A DNA stretch of 64,000 nt, from assembly GCA_040882355.1 (NCBI GenBank), contig JBBEBM010000043.1, positions 1 through 64,000 of the forward strand. Direction: 5' to 3'. Source of the DNA: Dehalococcoidia bacterium. GTDB lineage: Bacteria; Chloroflexota; Dehalococcoidia; DSTF01; RBG-16-68-14. The position numbers and the translations under genes are program-made. Every line of letters starts with the position of its first letter. Within the stretch, counting starts at the first letter, position 1. Below, piece after piece: positions 9,613-19,223 of this stretch. The notes beneath the pieces are model-generated. The model was not told where the DNA came from. It was given only the letters and a program-made list of their open reading frames with translations, and ran no database searches.

Positions 9613-10287
9613 ATGTCACGCTATACAGCCCTCAGCACGGAACTTCACTTCCAAGCCGTGCGGGACGTTGGCTGGTCCGTGGTACTCGATGTTGGATGCG
9701 GCGACGGAACGAACACCGTGGCGTACCTGGAGCCGCACTCGGTCATTGGCATTGACGGCTACGGCCCGGCCTGCGAGACCGCCCGCGCCGCGGGGTTGAG
9801 CGTCATGCAGGGCGACCTGGAACAGCCCTGGCCCATCGATGATGAGTCAGTGGATGTCGTGTCGGCCAATCAGGTGATCGAGCACCTTGCGGACACCGAC
9901 CGGTTCGCCCGCGAGTGCCACCGCGTGCTCCGGCCCGGCGGCACAGCCGTGATCTCCACAGAGAACCTGGCCGCCTGGCCGAATATCGCGGCGCTCCTGC
10001 TCGGCCAGGAGCCCTTCTCCAATAGCTACAGCAAGCGGGTCTGGGCGGTGGGGAATCGCCTCTCGCGCCGTTCCGGCCCTCTGCCGGAAGAGGTAGCCGC
10101 GTACCCTCATCGCTCCGTGGGCAGTCATCAGGCCGTAGCCGACCTCTTTGTTCAGTACGGGTTCCAGCACGCTCGTTCCTTGGGCGTCCACACCTTGCCC
10201 ACGAAATCAACGGTCCTTCGATGGCTCCGACGTATCGATGTCCGTCATTCGATGTACATCACGCTCATCTTTCGCAAGACATCATGA
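9613..10287 (+). CDS. Class I SAM-dependent methyltransferase
   Basis: VLDVGCGDG, QVIEHL, RVLRPGG. Confidence 0.9.
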   Translation: MSRYTALSTELHFQAVRDVGWSVVLDVGCGDGTNTVAYLEPHSVIGIDGYGPACETARAAGLSVMQGDLEQPWPIDDESVDVVSANQVIEHLADTDRFARECHRVLRPGGTAVISTENLAAWPNIAALLLGQEPFSNSYSKRVWAVGNRLSRRSGPLPEEVAAYPHRSVGSHQAVADLFVQYGFQHARSLGVHTLPTKSTVLRWLRRIDVRHSMYITLIFRKTS

Positions 10288-10967
10288 ACGAATCGCCAAG
10301 CGCGGACAGCCTGATGACCTCACTCCCATCAACCATCGGCGTGGACGGGCAAGCCGAACACGGCTGGGAGGCCTATTACGCGGGCGATCTGACCTGGTAT
10401 ACCCACGTGCGAAACGTCCTGCACCACCTGCCCATGCTCCGCGCGATAGGAAAGCTCAGCCCAAAACGCGTGCTGGAGGTCGGCGCCGGCACCGGCTCCC
10501 ACAGCATCTTCCTCTCCTACTTCCAGCCGCGCGTCGCCTCCATCGATCTCAGCCGGCTGCTCATCGAACGCTGCGTCCAGCACAATCGAAGGCTGCGCGG
10601 CCGCGCCCAGTTCCTCGCGATGGACGCCTTCCGCCTCGCCTTCCCCGACGATTCCTTCGATGCCGTTTTCTCGCAAGGGTTCTTCGAGCACTTTTCGGAG
10701 GACGAGATTGCGTTGCTCCTCGAGGAACAGACCCGCGTCGCGCGACATGTGGTGATCAGCGTGCCGAACCTCGCCTACGGTGTGCAGGACTTCGGCAACG
10801 AGCGCCTGCTCAGCAGGCATGCGTGGGAGGAGCTCTTGCAGAGGCTGGGGTACGACCTGCTCAGCTCCTCCGACTATGCGCCAATGCGCGGCCGGTTCTG
10901 GCGCGGCGGCCGCGACATGTACCTGGCCGTCGTTCAGCGACTCTCAGCGAATGGAGCAGCAAGATGA
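10284..10967 (+). CDS. Class I SAM-dependent methyltransferase
   Basis: VLEVGAGTG, FPDDSFD, GFFEHF, ISVPN; ATGA overlap. Confidence 0.9.
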   Translation: MNESPSADSLMTSLPSTIGVDGQAEHGWEAYYAGDLTWYTHVRNVLHHLPMLRAIGKLSPKRVLEVGAGTGSHSIFLSYFQPRVASIDLSRLLIERCVQHNRRLRGRAQFLAMDAFRLAFPDDSFDAVFSQGFFEHFSEDEIALLLEEQTRVARHVVISVPNLAYGVQDFGNERLLSRHAWEELLQRLGYDLLSSSDYAPMRGRFWRGGRDMYLAVVQRLSANGAAR

Positions 10968-11833
10968 GCGAATCGATCGCCGGCCGTTGTCCCGTCTGCG
11001 AGACGGACGGCGCCCGGAAAGGCCCGCGCCGTTTCCTGCGCTGCCCCGCGTGCGGCGTCCTCTTCGCTCGCGATATGCGCGCCGGGGATGAGGCCTGGTA
11101 TCAGCGCACGTGGATCTACGCCGGCGGCCGCGCGCCAAACGCGCTCTCGGCACTGGAGATCGAGGCGAACTGGGCCTGGGGGACGTTTCTCCGGGAAGCG
11201 CCCGTGCCCAGGGGCGCCCTGTTGGACGTTGGTTGCGGACGGGGCGACTTCCTCCATGCCGCCCAACTGCGTGGCTTCGACGCGGAAGGGATCGACTTTC
11301 AGGCTGAGCTGGCCGGCATCGGCCGCGAGATGTACGGCGTGCGCATCGCCTGCGGCGACATCTGGCAGGCGTTAGGAAACGGCAGACGCTTCGATGTCGC
11401 CACCGCGTTCGAGGTGGTGGAACACGTCGCGGACCCGGTCGGCTTGCTGCGCGCCATGGCCCGCGTCGCCGGCTTCGTCGCCGTCAGCGTCCCCAGCGCC
11501 GAACGGCGTCCGGCGCTGCTCTCGCCTGGCTTCGACGACCCGCCTCACCACCTGACCCTCTGGACGCGCGCCGCACTCGAGATCGCCATGACGAACGCCG
11601 GCCTGGAGGTCGTCTTCCTGCGCGGCGACTCTTACGAGCCGTCACACCTCGGCACATACGTCAGTTGCCTCTTCGGCGGCAACTACGCCGGCGCTCGATA
11701 CGTGCGCGGGGCGGCGCGCAGGTTCGGCACGGCGATAGGCCGCGCCCTGAGACCAGGCGACGACGCGCCGTTTACGCTGCTGGCCGTCGGGCGTCACCAC
11801 GAGGTTCGAGCCGGAAGGAACGGCGCGTCATGA
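10964..11833 (+). CDS. Class I SAM-dependent methyltransferase with N-terminal CxxC...CxxC zinc ribbon
   Basis: CPVC...CPAC, LLDVGCGRG, EVVEHVADP, PPHHL. Confidence 0.88.
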   Translation: MSESIAGRCPVCETDGARKGPRRFLRCPACGVLFARDMRAGDEAWYQRTWIYAGGRAPNALSALEIEANWAWGTFLREAPVPRGALLDVGCGRGDFLHAAQLRGFDAEGIDFQAELAGIGREMYGVRIACGDIWQALGNGRRFDVATAFEVVEHVADPVGLLRAMARVAGFVAVSVPSAERRPALLSPGFDDPPHHLTLWTRAALEIAMTNAGLEVVFLRGDSYEPSHLGTYVSCLFGGNYAGARYVRGAARRFGTAIGRALRPGDDAPFTLLAVGRHHEVRAGRNGAS

Positions 11834-13968
11834 GGATCGGCTTCGTCCTGCAGGATACGAGTCGCGCGCCCACCGGTCTCGATGCGTACACATCGGACCT
11901 CTGGCAGGCGTTGCGTTCAGTCGACGGCCAGAACGAGTACGTGCCGGTGACCTTGCCCGCCCGTTTCGCCCGGCGCGCCTACCTGCGCGCGCTCTGGGAG
12001 CAGGCATGTCTACCCGCTTGGGCCCGACGAGCGGACATCGACGTCCTCCACGCCCCGGCGGGCTCCGCGCCCGTGCTGCGCGACCGCCCCTGCGTCCTCA
12101 CTCTGCACGACCTCGGCGAGGACGCCACGCCCGCGTATCGCACACCCCTCGGCCCGCGACTCTATTTCGGGCGAATGGTGCCCTGGAGCGCGCGCCACGC
12201 AACCGCGCTCCTCGCCGACAGTGAGGCCACCAAACGCGACGCCGTCGCCCGGCTGGGCATCGACTCTGGGCGGATCACAGTCGTCCACCTCGCACCGTCC
12301 TCGTGCTATCGCGTGCTCCCGAAGCAGACCGTCGACGCCGTCCGTGAGAGGTACGACCTGCGCGATCCCTACTTCCTCCAGGTCGGCGCCGTCATTCCGC
12401 GAAAGAACGTCACGGGCGCGATGACCGGCTTCGCCCGCTTCCTGGCGGACCGGCCGGACGCAGGCACGCAGTTCGTCGTCGTGGGCGGCCGAGGCTTCGG
12501 CGACCTCACGCTGTCCCCGGAGGCGGAGGAGCTGACACGCGCGGGCTGCGTGCGTTTCCTCGGCCATGTGCCGCAGGACGACCTCGTCGCGCTCTACAAC
12601 GGCGCGCTGGCCGTCGTCCTGCCCTCCTTCTTCGAAGGTTTCGGCCTGCCGCTGGTCGAGGCCTTCGCCTGCGGCACGCCTGCCATCGCTTCGCGCGTCG
12701 CCTCCCTCCCCGAAATCGGCGGCGACGCGGCACTCTACGTCGACCCACGCGATCCCGACACCATCGCTGACGCCATGGAGCGCTACTCAACCCCTGTCCT
12801 TCGCGCGGAGATGGCGGAGCGCGCCCTGGAGCGCAGCCGTTCTTTTAGCTGGCGGCGCGCGGCGGAGCAAACGCTGGCCGTCTACCGGCAGGCCGCGCCC
12901 ACGGCATCGCGACGCCGCGCACCGGCGGTGTCATCGGACGGCGACGTCAAGCGACCCAAGGTGCTCTTCGTGCGCCTCGACGCCTTGGGCGATCTGGTGC
13001 TCACCACTCCTTGCTTCGACGCCCTCAAGCGGCGTTACCCGAACGCGGAGCTGCACGTCGTCGTCCAGCCCGCCACCGCGCCCCTGATCGAGCACGACCC
13101 GCGCGTCGACCGCGTGCATGTGCTGGCCGCGCCCTGGCACGGGCGCTGGCGCGCCGGCGCAGTCACCGAAACGCTCAGCCTGCTGCGCCGGCTTCGCGCG
13201 GAACGATACGACTACGTCCTCACACTGCGTCGCGACCTCGATGACGCTCTCTTCGCCCACCTCTGCGGCGGCCGCGAGACGTTGGGCTTCTCCGCGCCCC
13301 GCACGCGCCCCTTCCTCTCGCGCTGGGTGCGCATCCAGTCCGGGCGCCACCTCGTAGAGAACCACCTTCAGCTCATGACGCTGCTTGGCTGCGAAGTCGA
13401 AGGGCTGCAGCCGAGCGTCCGCTGCTCGTTGAGCGACTCGCGCAGCATCGGCGCCTTGCTCGGTCGCGCGGCCAAGCCGATCGCACTCGCGCCCTTCGCC
13501 TCGTCCGAGGCGAAGACGCTCGACCCCGCACAGACCGGCGCACTTGTCGACAGGCTGACGAAGGAGATCGGAACCCCGATCGTGCTGCTCGGCGGGCCCG
13601 CCGACCGCGAATGCGCCGACAAAGCGCTAGCGCGGGCATCGAGCGCCATTGTCGACCTCGTCGGGCGCACGAGCATCCCGGAGCTGTGCGACGTGCTCCG
13701 TCGCTGCCGCCTGATCGTCTGCGCCGACTCCGCTCCCATGCATTTGGCCGTCGCGCTCGGTACGCCCGTTGTCGCGCTCTTTGGCGGCGAGGACCCCGTC
13801 CTCTGGGGCCCGTACGGCGATACGCCGCGTCGCGTCCTTCAGGCGCGCGATGCCCGCGGCTTCCCCTCCGTACAGGCGATTGCGCCCGCAGGCGTCCTGG
13901 AAGCGGTGCGCGAACTGCTCGCAGGTGCCTGCCATACGGAGCCGCAGCCAGAGGAGGTAGCCGCATGA
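11830..13968 (+). CDS. Fused GT4 glycosyltransferase + GT9 (heptosyltransferase-family) protein
   Basis: N half: PRKNV, PSFFEGFGLPLVEAFACGTP; C half: VRLDALGDLVLTTP, DLVGRTSI, DSAPMHLAVALGTPVVALFG. Confidence 0.9.
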   Translation: MRIGFVLQDTSRAPTGLDAYTSDLWQALRSVDGQNEYVPVTLPARFARRAYLRALWEQACLPAWARRADIDVLHAPAGSAPVLRDRPCVLTLHDLGEDATPAYRTPLGPRLYFGRMVPWSARHATALLADSEATKRDAVARLGIDSGRITVVHLAPSSCYRVLPKQTVDAVRERYDLRDPYFLQVGAVIPRKNVTGAMTGFARFLADRPDAGTQFVVVGGRGFGDLTLSPEAEELTRAGCVRFLGHVPQDDLVALYNGALAVVLPSFFEGFGLPLVEAFACGTPAIASRVASLPEIGGDAALYVDPRDPDTIADAMERYSTPVLRAEMAERALERSRSFSWRRAAEQTLAVYRQAAPTASRRRAPAVSSDGDVKRPKVLFVRLDALGDLVLTTPCFDALKRRYPNAELHVVVQPATAPLIEHDPRVDRVHVLAAPWHGRWRAGAVTETLSLLRRLRAERYDYVLTLRRDLDDALFAHLCGGRETLGFSAPRTRPFLSRWVRIQSGRHLVENHLQLMTLLGCEVEGLQPSVRCSLSDSRSIGALLGRAAKPIALAPFASSEAKTLDPAQTGALVDRLTKEIGTPIVLLGGPADRECADKALARASSAIVDLVGRTSIPELCDVLRRCRLIVCADSAPMHLAVALGTPVVALFGGEDPVLWGPYGDTPRRVLQARDARGFPSVQAIAPAGVLEAVRELLAGACHTEPQPEEVAA

Positions 13969-14993
13969 GCCCCTCGCCGGTGCGCGTCGCCGTCCTCGGC
14001 TACGGCTATTGGGGGCCGAACATCGTCCGCACGCTCCTCGATCTGCCGGGCGCCGAGCTCGCCGTCTGCTGCGATGCCAGCGCTACAAGGCTGTCCGAGG
14101 CGCGCGATCGCTTCGCCGTCCCGGTCACTGACGACTGGCAGACGGTGCTGGCCGACCCGCGCGTCGACGCTGTCGTCGTCGCCACGCCCGCCCGCACCCA
14201 CCGCGAAGTCACCCTCGCCTGCCTCGCCCACGACAAGCACGCGCTGGTCGAGAAGCCCTTCGCCACCAGCGTCGCGGACGCGGAGGCGATGTACGAGGCG
14301 GCGCTGCGACGCGGCCTCGTGCTTGAGGCCGGCCACATCTTCCTGCACAACCCGTCCGTCCAGGCGCTGCAGCGCGAAGCCGCGCGCGGAGCGCTGGGCG
14401 AGCTGCGCACCGCCTTCGCCGTCCGCGCCAGCCACGGCCCGCGCGCCCGCAACGACGTCGACGTCACGTTCGACTGCATGGTGCACGACCTCTACATCCT
14501 GCACGAGCTACTCGGCCCCGCGACCGAAGTGAGCGCCAGCGGCGCCTCGTTCCTCACGCCCGGCATCGCCGACACAGCCTCGGCCCGCATCAGTCAAGCG
14601 AACGGCGCCGCCGCCTTCTGCTACGCGAGCTGGTACGAGCCGGTGAAGACGCGGCGCATGACGCTGGTCGGCTCGCGCGCCATGGCCGAGTACGACGACC
14701 TGCGAGAGGAGGAGCCGGTGCGCATCATCCGCCAGGGCTATGAGCCGATCGAGGGCATCGACGCGTTCGGCAACCACGGCTTGCGCCTCTTCGCCGACGG
14801 CGAGCGCGCGCCCCGCATCGCATGGGAAGAGCCGCTCAGACGCGAGCTCGCCGCCTTCATCGAGAGCGTCCGTAGCCCGCGCCGCGAGCCGAGCGTATCG
14901 CCTGAGTCCGTGCTCGCCGTCACTCGCGCGCTGGAGGCGATCGGCCGCTCTATGCGCAACGACGGTGCGCCCGAACGAGTGGAGGGAACCTGA
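13965..14993 (+). CDS. Gfo/Idh/MocA oxidoreductase (NDP-sugar dehydrogenase, WbpB/WlbA-like)
   Basis: VAVLGYGYWG, VATPARTH, HALVEKP. Confidence 0.9.
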   Translation: MSPSPVRVAVLGYGYWGPNIVRTLLDLPGAELAVCCDASATRLSEARDRFAVPVTDDWQTVLADPRVDAVVVATPARTHREVTLACLAHDKHALVEKPFATSVADAEAMYEAALRRGLVLEAGHIFLHNPSVQALQREAARGALGELRTAFAVRASHGPRARNDVDVTFDCMVHDLYILHELLGPATEVSASGASFLTPGIADTASARISQANGAAAFCYASWYEPVKTRRMTLVGSRAMAEYDDLREEEPVRIIRQGYEPIEGIDAFGNHGLRLFADGERAPRIAWEEPLRRELAAFIESVRSPRREPSVSPESVLAVTRALEAIGRSMRNDGAPERVEGT

Positions 14994-15992
14994 GTGGTAC
15001 GTCTCAACGGCAACGGAAAGGCAGGCGCCAGGACGCGCGTCGTACTGCTGGGCGGAAAGGAGCTCGCCGTGCACTGCCTGGAGAGCACGCTCGGCATGCC
15101 CGACGTGGAGGTTGTCGCCGTCATCCCTTGCGCCGGCGACGACCCGGACCAGGAGCGCTGGTATCCCTCGCTCGCTCGCCATGCGCGCGACCTTCGCCTG
15201 CCCGTTCACCGGCCACGCTCGGTCAACGACGCCGCCTTCCATCCGGTGTTAGAGCAGCTCCGGCCGGACATCCTGCTCTCCATCTTCTACGACAAGATCC
15301 TCAAGCCGCGCGTGCTCGCGCTCCCAAGGGTCGCGGCAGTCAACCTGCATTTCGGCCTGCTGCCCTTCAATCGCGGCTCCTTTCCCATCCCGTGGGCCAT
15401 CATCGATGGCAACGACGCCGGCGTGACGCTCCACCACATGGACCCCGGCGTCGATACTGGCGACATCGTCGCGCAGTGCGCGGTGCCCGTCGCGGGGCAC
15501 GAGACCGCCCGCGAAGTCTACGACCGCTGCACGGCGGCGGGCCGCTACCTGTTCGAAGGCTACTTCCCGCTCGTGGTCGAGGGGCGCGCGCCCCGCAGGG
15601 GACAGCCCGCTGAAGGCGGCACCTACTACCCGCCAGGCTACGCGTTCGACCGCTGGGTTGATTGGTCGCAGCCCGCCGGGACGCTCTCGCGTTTCGCGCG
15701 CGCACTCACCTTCGCCCCCTACCCGGGCGCTCGCTCCGCCTTCGCGGCCCGCGAGTTCGAGCTGCGCCACCCGGTCTGGGTTGCCGACACCGATGTCCGG
15801 GCGCCCGCCGGCACTCTGCTCGGAATCGACCCTCGCTGGGCGACCATCGCGACGGGCGACGGCGCGCTGCGCGTCCGCACCCTATGCATCGACGGCGTCG
15901 AGCTATCGGCGCAAGAAGCGCTCCGCCGCCTCGGTTGCAACCAAGGCGACGAGCTGGAGTTGAGATCATGGCAAACAACGGTAGCAGCGTAG
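14994..15992 (+). CDS. N10-formyl-THF-dependent sugar formyltransferase
   Basis: VNLHFGLLPFNRG, GVTLHHMDPGVDTGDI, RALTFAPYPGA. Confidence 0.88.
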   Translation: MVRLNGNGKAGARTRVVLLGGKELAVHCLESTLGMPDVEVVAVIPCAGDDPDQERWYPSLARHARDLRLPVHRPRSVNDAAFHPVLEQLRPDILLSIFYDKILKPRVLALPRVAAVNLHFGLLPFNRGSFPIPWAIIDGNDAGVTLHHMDPGVDTGDIVAQCAVPVAGHETAREVYDRCTAAGRYLFEGYFPLVVEGRAPRRGQPAEGGTYYPPGYAFDRWVDWSQPAGTLSRFARALTFAPYPGARSAFAAREFELRHPVWVADTDVRAPAGTLLGIDPRWATIATGDGALRVRTLCIDGVELSAQEALRRLGCNQGDELELRSWQTTVAA

Positions 15993-17113
15993 TCCCCCTC
16001 CTGGACCTGCGCGCGGAGTATGAGCCGCTGCGCGAGCAAGTGCTTAGCGCCGTCGACGACGTGTTCTCCAGCGGGCGGCTCTATCTGGGACCGCAGACGC
16101 AGGCGCTCGAAGAGGAGTTCGCCGCGTACTGCGGCGTCTCTCACGGCGTCGCCTGTTCATCGGGCACCGACGCGCTCATCCTGGCCCTCCAGGCCTGCGG
16201 CGTCGGCCCCGGCGACGAAGTGATCACCGTCTCTCACACCTTCATCGCCACCGCGGCCGCCATCGCGCTCATCGGCGCCAAGCCCGTCTTCGTGGACATC
16301 GACCCGCTCACGTACACCATGAACGTCGCCGGGGCATCGGCCCTGCTCAGACCGCGAACGAGGGCGATCGTACCCGTGCACATCTACGGCCACCCGGTCG
16401 ATATGGAGCCGCTGCGTAACTTCGCCCGCCGCCACGACATCGCCGTGATCGAGGACGCGGCGCAGGCGCACGGCGCGACCTACCGGGGACGCCGCGTCGG
16501 CGGACTGGGCGACGCCGCCTGCTTCAGCTTCGTCTTCACCAAGAACCTGCGCGCCTACGGCGATGCCGGCATGCTGGTCACGCAAGACCCCGCCATCGCC
16601 GAGCGGGCGCGCCGCCTGCGCGACCACGGCCGCGTCGGCCGCTACGAGCACGCGAGCTTCGGTTGGAACGCCCGCATCGACGAGGTGCAAGCCGCGATCC
16701 TCCGCGTCAAGCTCCCCCTCTTGGACGCCTGGACCGCTCGCCGCCGCGAGCACGCCCGCACCTACGACAGCGCGTTCCGGGAGGCGAACATCACCATCCC
16801 GTTCCAGAAACCTGACGTCAGCCACGTCTACCACCAATACGTGGTCCAGGTCGACGGGCGCGACGGCGTGCAACGCGCCCTCGCGGCCCGCGGCGTCGAA
16901 AGCGGTGTCCACTACCCTATCCCCTGCCACCTCCAGGAGGCGTGCGCGGGCTACGGTTACCGCCTCGGCTCGCTGCCCATTACCGAGGCCAGCGTCGAGC
17001 GCATCCTCTCGCTCCCCGTCTACCCCGAAATGACGGAGGAGCAGCGAGCCTACGTCATCGATTCCGTACTGGACGTAACCGGAAAGCAGGTCATGAAGGA
17101 GAAGGCAGCATGA
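15968..17113 (+). CDS. DegT/DnrJ/EryC1/StrS sugar aminotransferase
   Basis: SSGTDAL, IEDAAQAHGA, FSFVFTKNL, HVYHQY. Confidence 0.95.
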   Translation: MANNGSSVVPLLDLRAEYEPLREQVLSAVDDVFSSGRLYLGPQTQALEEEFAAYCGVSHGVACSSGTDALILALQACGVGPGDEVITVSHTFIATAAAIALIGAKPVFVDIDPLTYTMNVAGASALLRPRTRAIVPVHIYGHPVDMEPLRNFARRHDIAVIEDAAQAHGATYRGRRVGGLGDAACFSFVFTKNLRAYGDAGMLVTQDPAIAERARRLRDHGRVGRYEHASFGWNARIDEVQAAILRVKLPLLDAWTARRREHARTYDSAFREANITIPFQKPDVSHVYHQYVVQVDGRDGVQRALAARGVESGVHYPIPCHLQEACAGYGYRLGSLPITEASVERILSLPVYPEMTEEQRAYVIDSVLDVTGKQVMKEKAA

Positions 17114-18231
17114 GAGCCTTAGTAACCGGAGGCGCGGGCCAGATCGGCTCGCACATCGTCGAGGGGTTGCTGTCCCGCGGTTGGGATGTCACCGTGCTCG
17201 ATAGCCTCGACCCCGTCACCCACCCGCGCGGGCGCCCGCCCTGGGTCCCCTCCAGCGTCCGCTTCATTGAAGGCGACATCGTCGACGCCGACGCGATGGC
17301 GGCAGCGCTGGATGGCGTGCAGGTCGTCTTCCACGAGGCCGCCTACCAGGGCCTGCTGCCCGACTTCAGCAGGTTCTTTCACGTCAACGGCGCGGGCACC
17401 GCCCTCATCTACGAGACCATCGTCGAACGCAAGCTGCCCGTCCAGAAGGTGATCGTCGCCTCCTCCCAAGCCGTCTACGGCGAGGGTGCGTACCGCTGCC
17501 CGGAGCACGGTCCCGCATACCCGGTCCCCCGGCCCCTGGCCCAGCTCATGCGAGGCGATTGGGAGTTCCGTTGCGATCGGTGCGCCGCGCCGATGCTGCC
17601 TCAGCCCACGGACGAGGCGGTTGTCAACGGCGCGACCTCCTATGCCGTCTCCAAGCACACCCAGGAGGAGATCGCGCTCGGTCTCGGGCGGACGTACGGC
17701 ATCCCCAGCGTCGCGCTGCGCTACGCCATCACGTTCGGCCCGCGCCAGTCGTTCAACAACGCCTACTCCGGCCTCTCGGGCATCGTCGCGCAGCGCGTGC
17801 TCAACAGCCGGCCCGTCGTCGTCTATGAGGACGGCCTCCAGACACGCGACATCGTCTTTGTCGAGGACGTCGCCAGCGCGAACCTCTTCGTCATGGAGCG
17901 CGACGACGCCAACTTCGAGGTGTTTAACGTCGGCACCGGCCGCGCTGTCAGCGTGCTCGAGTTCGTCCGCGTGCTCGCCGGCATGTTCGGCCTCGAGCCG
18001 GACATCGAGACCAAGGGCGAGTTCCGTCTGGGTGACGTCCGCCACCTCGTGCCCGACGTGGGCAAGCTGGAGCGGATGGGCTGGCACGCGCTCCACACGC
18101 TGGAACATGCCGCGGAGGCCTACGCCAAGTGGATCCGCACTCAGCCCGAGGTGCGCGACAACGTCGCCGCCGCACTCGACGAGATGCGCCGCAGGGGCGT
18201 CGTCCTGCAGGCCGCGAGGCAAGCCGCATGA
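17110..18231 (+). CDS. NAD-dependent epimerase/dehydratase (extended SDR) with Cys-rich insert
   Basis: TGGAGQIG, ASSQAVYG, YAVSK, RDIVFVEDVA; insert CPEHG...CDRC. Confidence 0.9.
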   Translation: MRALVTGGAGQIGSHIVEGLLSRGWDVTVLDSLDPVTHPRGRPPWVPSSVRFIEGDIVDADAMAAALDGVQVVFHEAAYQGLLPDFSRFFHVNGAGTALIYETIVERKLPVQKVIVASSQAVYGEGAYRCPEHGPAYPVPRPLAQLMRGDWEFRCDRCAAPMLPQPTDEAVVNGATSYAVSKHTQEEIALGLGRTYGIPSVALRYAITFGPRQSFNNAYSGLSGIVAQRVLNSRPVVVYEDGLQTRDIVFVEDVASANLFVMERDDANFEVFNVGTGRAVSVLEFVRVLAGMFGLEPDIETKGEFRLGDVRHLVPDVGKLERMGWHALHTLEHAAEAYAKWIRTQPEVRDNVAAALDEMRRRGVVLQAARQAA

Positions 18232-19220
18232 TTGACGCACACGCCGCCAACGGCTCGGCTTCGCTCGCCGGCGTAGCCAACGCCCTCCAGCCTTCGCCTG
18301 CTACGGCCGGCATCTCCGTCGTCATCATCGCCCAGGATGAAGAGGCGAACATCGCGCCCTGTCTCGCCTCCGTGCGCTGGGCGGACGAAGTGGTCGTCGT
18401 CGACGGCGGCAGCCGCGACCAGACGGTGGAGCTTGCTTCCTCCCTCGGCGCGCATGTCTATCAGAACCCCTGGCCCGGCTTCTCCGCGCAATGGAACGTC
18501 GCGATAGAGCACGCATCGCGCGACTGGGTCTTCGTCCTCGCCGCCGACGAGCGCGTCACCGACGAGCTCGCCGAGCAAGTGCTCGCCGTGGCGATGGACG
18601 ACGTCGCATTCGACGCCTACTACGTGCTGCGCCAGACCTCCTTCCTCGACCACGCGATGCGCGGCTGCGGTTGGGGCGACCAGCCCGAGCTACGCCTCTT
18701 CCGGCGCGGGCGCGGGCGGATGGACGGCCGGCTCGTCCACGAGCGGCTGATCGTCGATGGGCCCGTCGGCGAGCTCACTGGTCATCTCCTGCACTACAGC
18801 CACCCCACCGTGCGCGACTACCTCGAGAACATGAACCGTTGCACCTCGCTTGAGGCGCAGGAGGCGCTCGCCCTCCGCCAGCGCGGGAGCTGGCTGCCAC
18901 CCACGGGGCCGTTGCTGCGGGCCGGGCGGCGTTGGCTGGCCGGCGACCGCAGCTACCAGTCCGCTCACGCCGCGCTCAAGGACGAGCTGAAGAACCGCTA
19001 CGCCTGGACCCCGCTTCAGCCATTCGCGCCGCTCCTCCGTTTCCTGCAGATGTATCTGCTGCAGCGCGGCTTCCGCGACGGACGTCACGGCCTCTACCTA
19101 TCGCTGCTGTCGGCAACCTATGTCCTCGTGAAGCAGATCAAGCTCTGGGAGCTGCGCAGCTCCGCTGCAGTTGACGCGAACACGACCGCCGGCGCTCAAG
19201 AGGCCGTCGGGAGGGGGTAG
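18228..19220 (+). CDS. GT2 glycosyltransferase (WaaE/KdtX-like), paralogue of 8806-9612
   Basis: ISVVIIAQDEE, VVDGGSRDQT, LRLFRR, VHE, GFRDGRHG. Confidence 0.9.
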   Translation: MIDAHAANGSASLAGVANALQPSPATAGISVVIIAQDEEANIAPCLASVRWADEVVVVDGGSRDQTVELASSLGAHVYQNPWPGFSAQWNVAIEHASRDWVFVLAADERVTDELAEQVLAVAMDDVAFDAYYVLRQTSFLDHAMRGCGWGDQPELRLFRRGRGRMDGRLVHERLIVDGPVGELTGHLLHYSHPTVRDYLENMNRCTSLEAQEALALRQRGSWLPPTGPLLRAGRRWLAGDRSYQSAHAALKDELKNRYAWTPLQPFAPLLRFLQMYLLQRGFRDGRHGLYLSLLSATYVLVKQIKLWELRSSAAVDANTTAGAQEAVGRG

Positions 19221-19223
19221 GCC

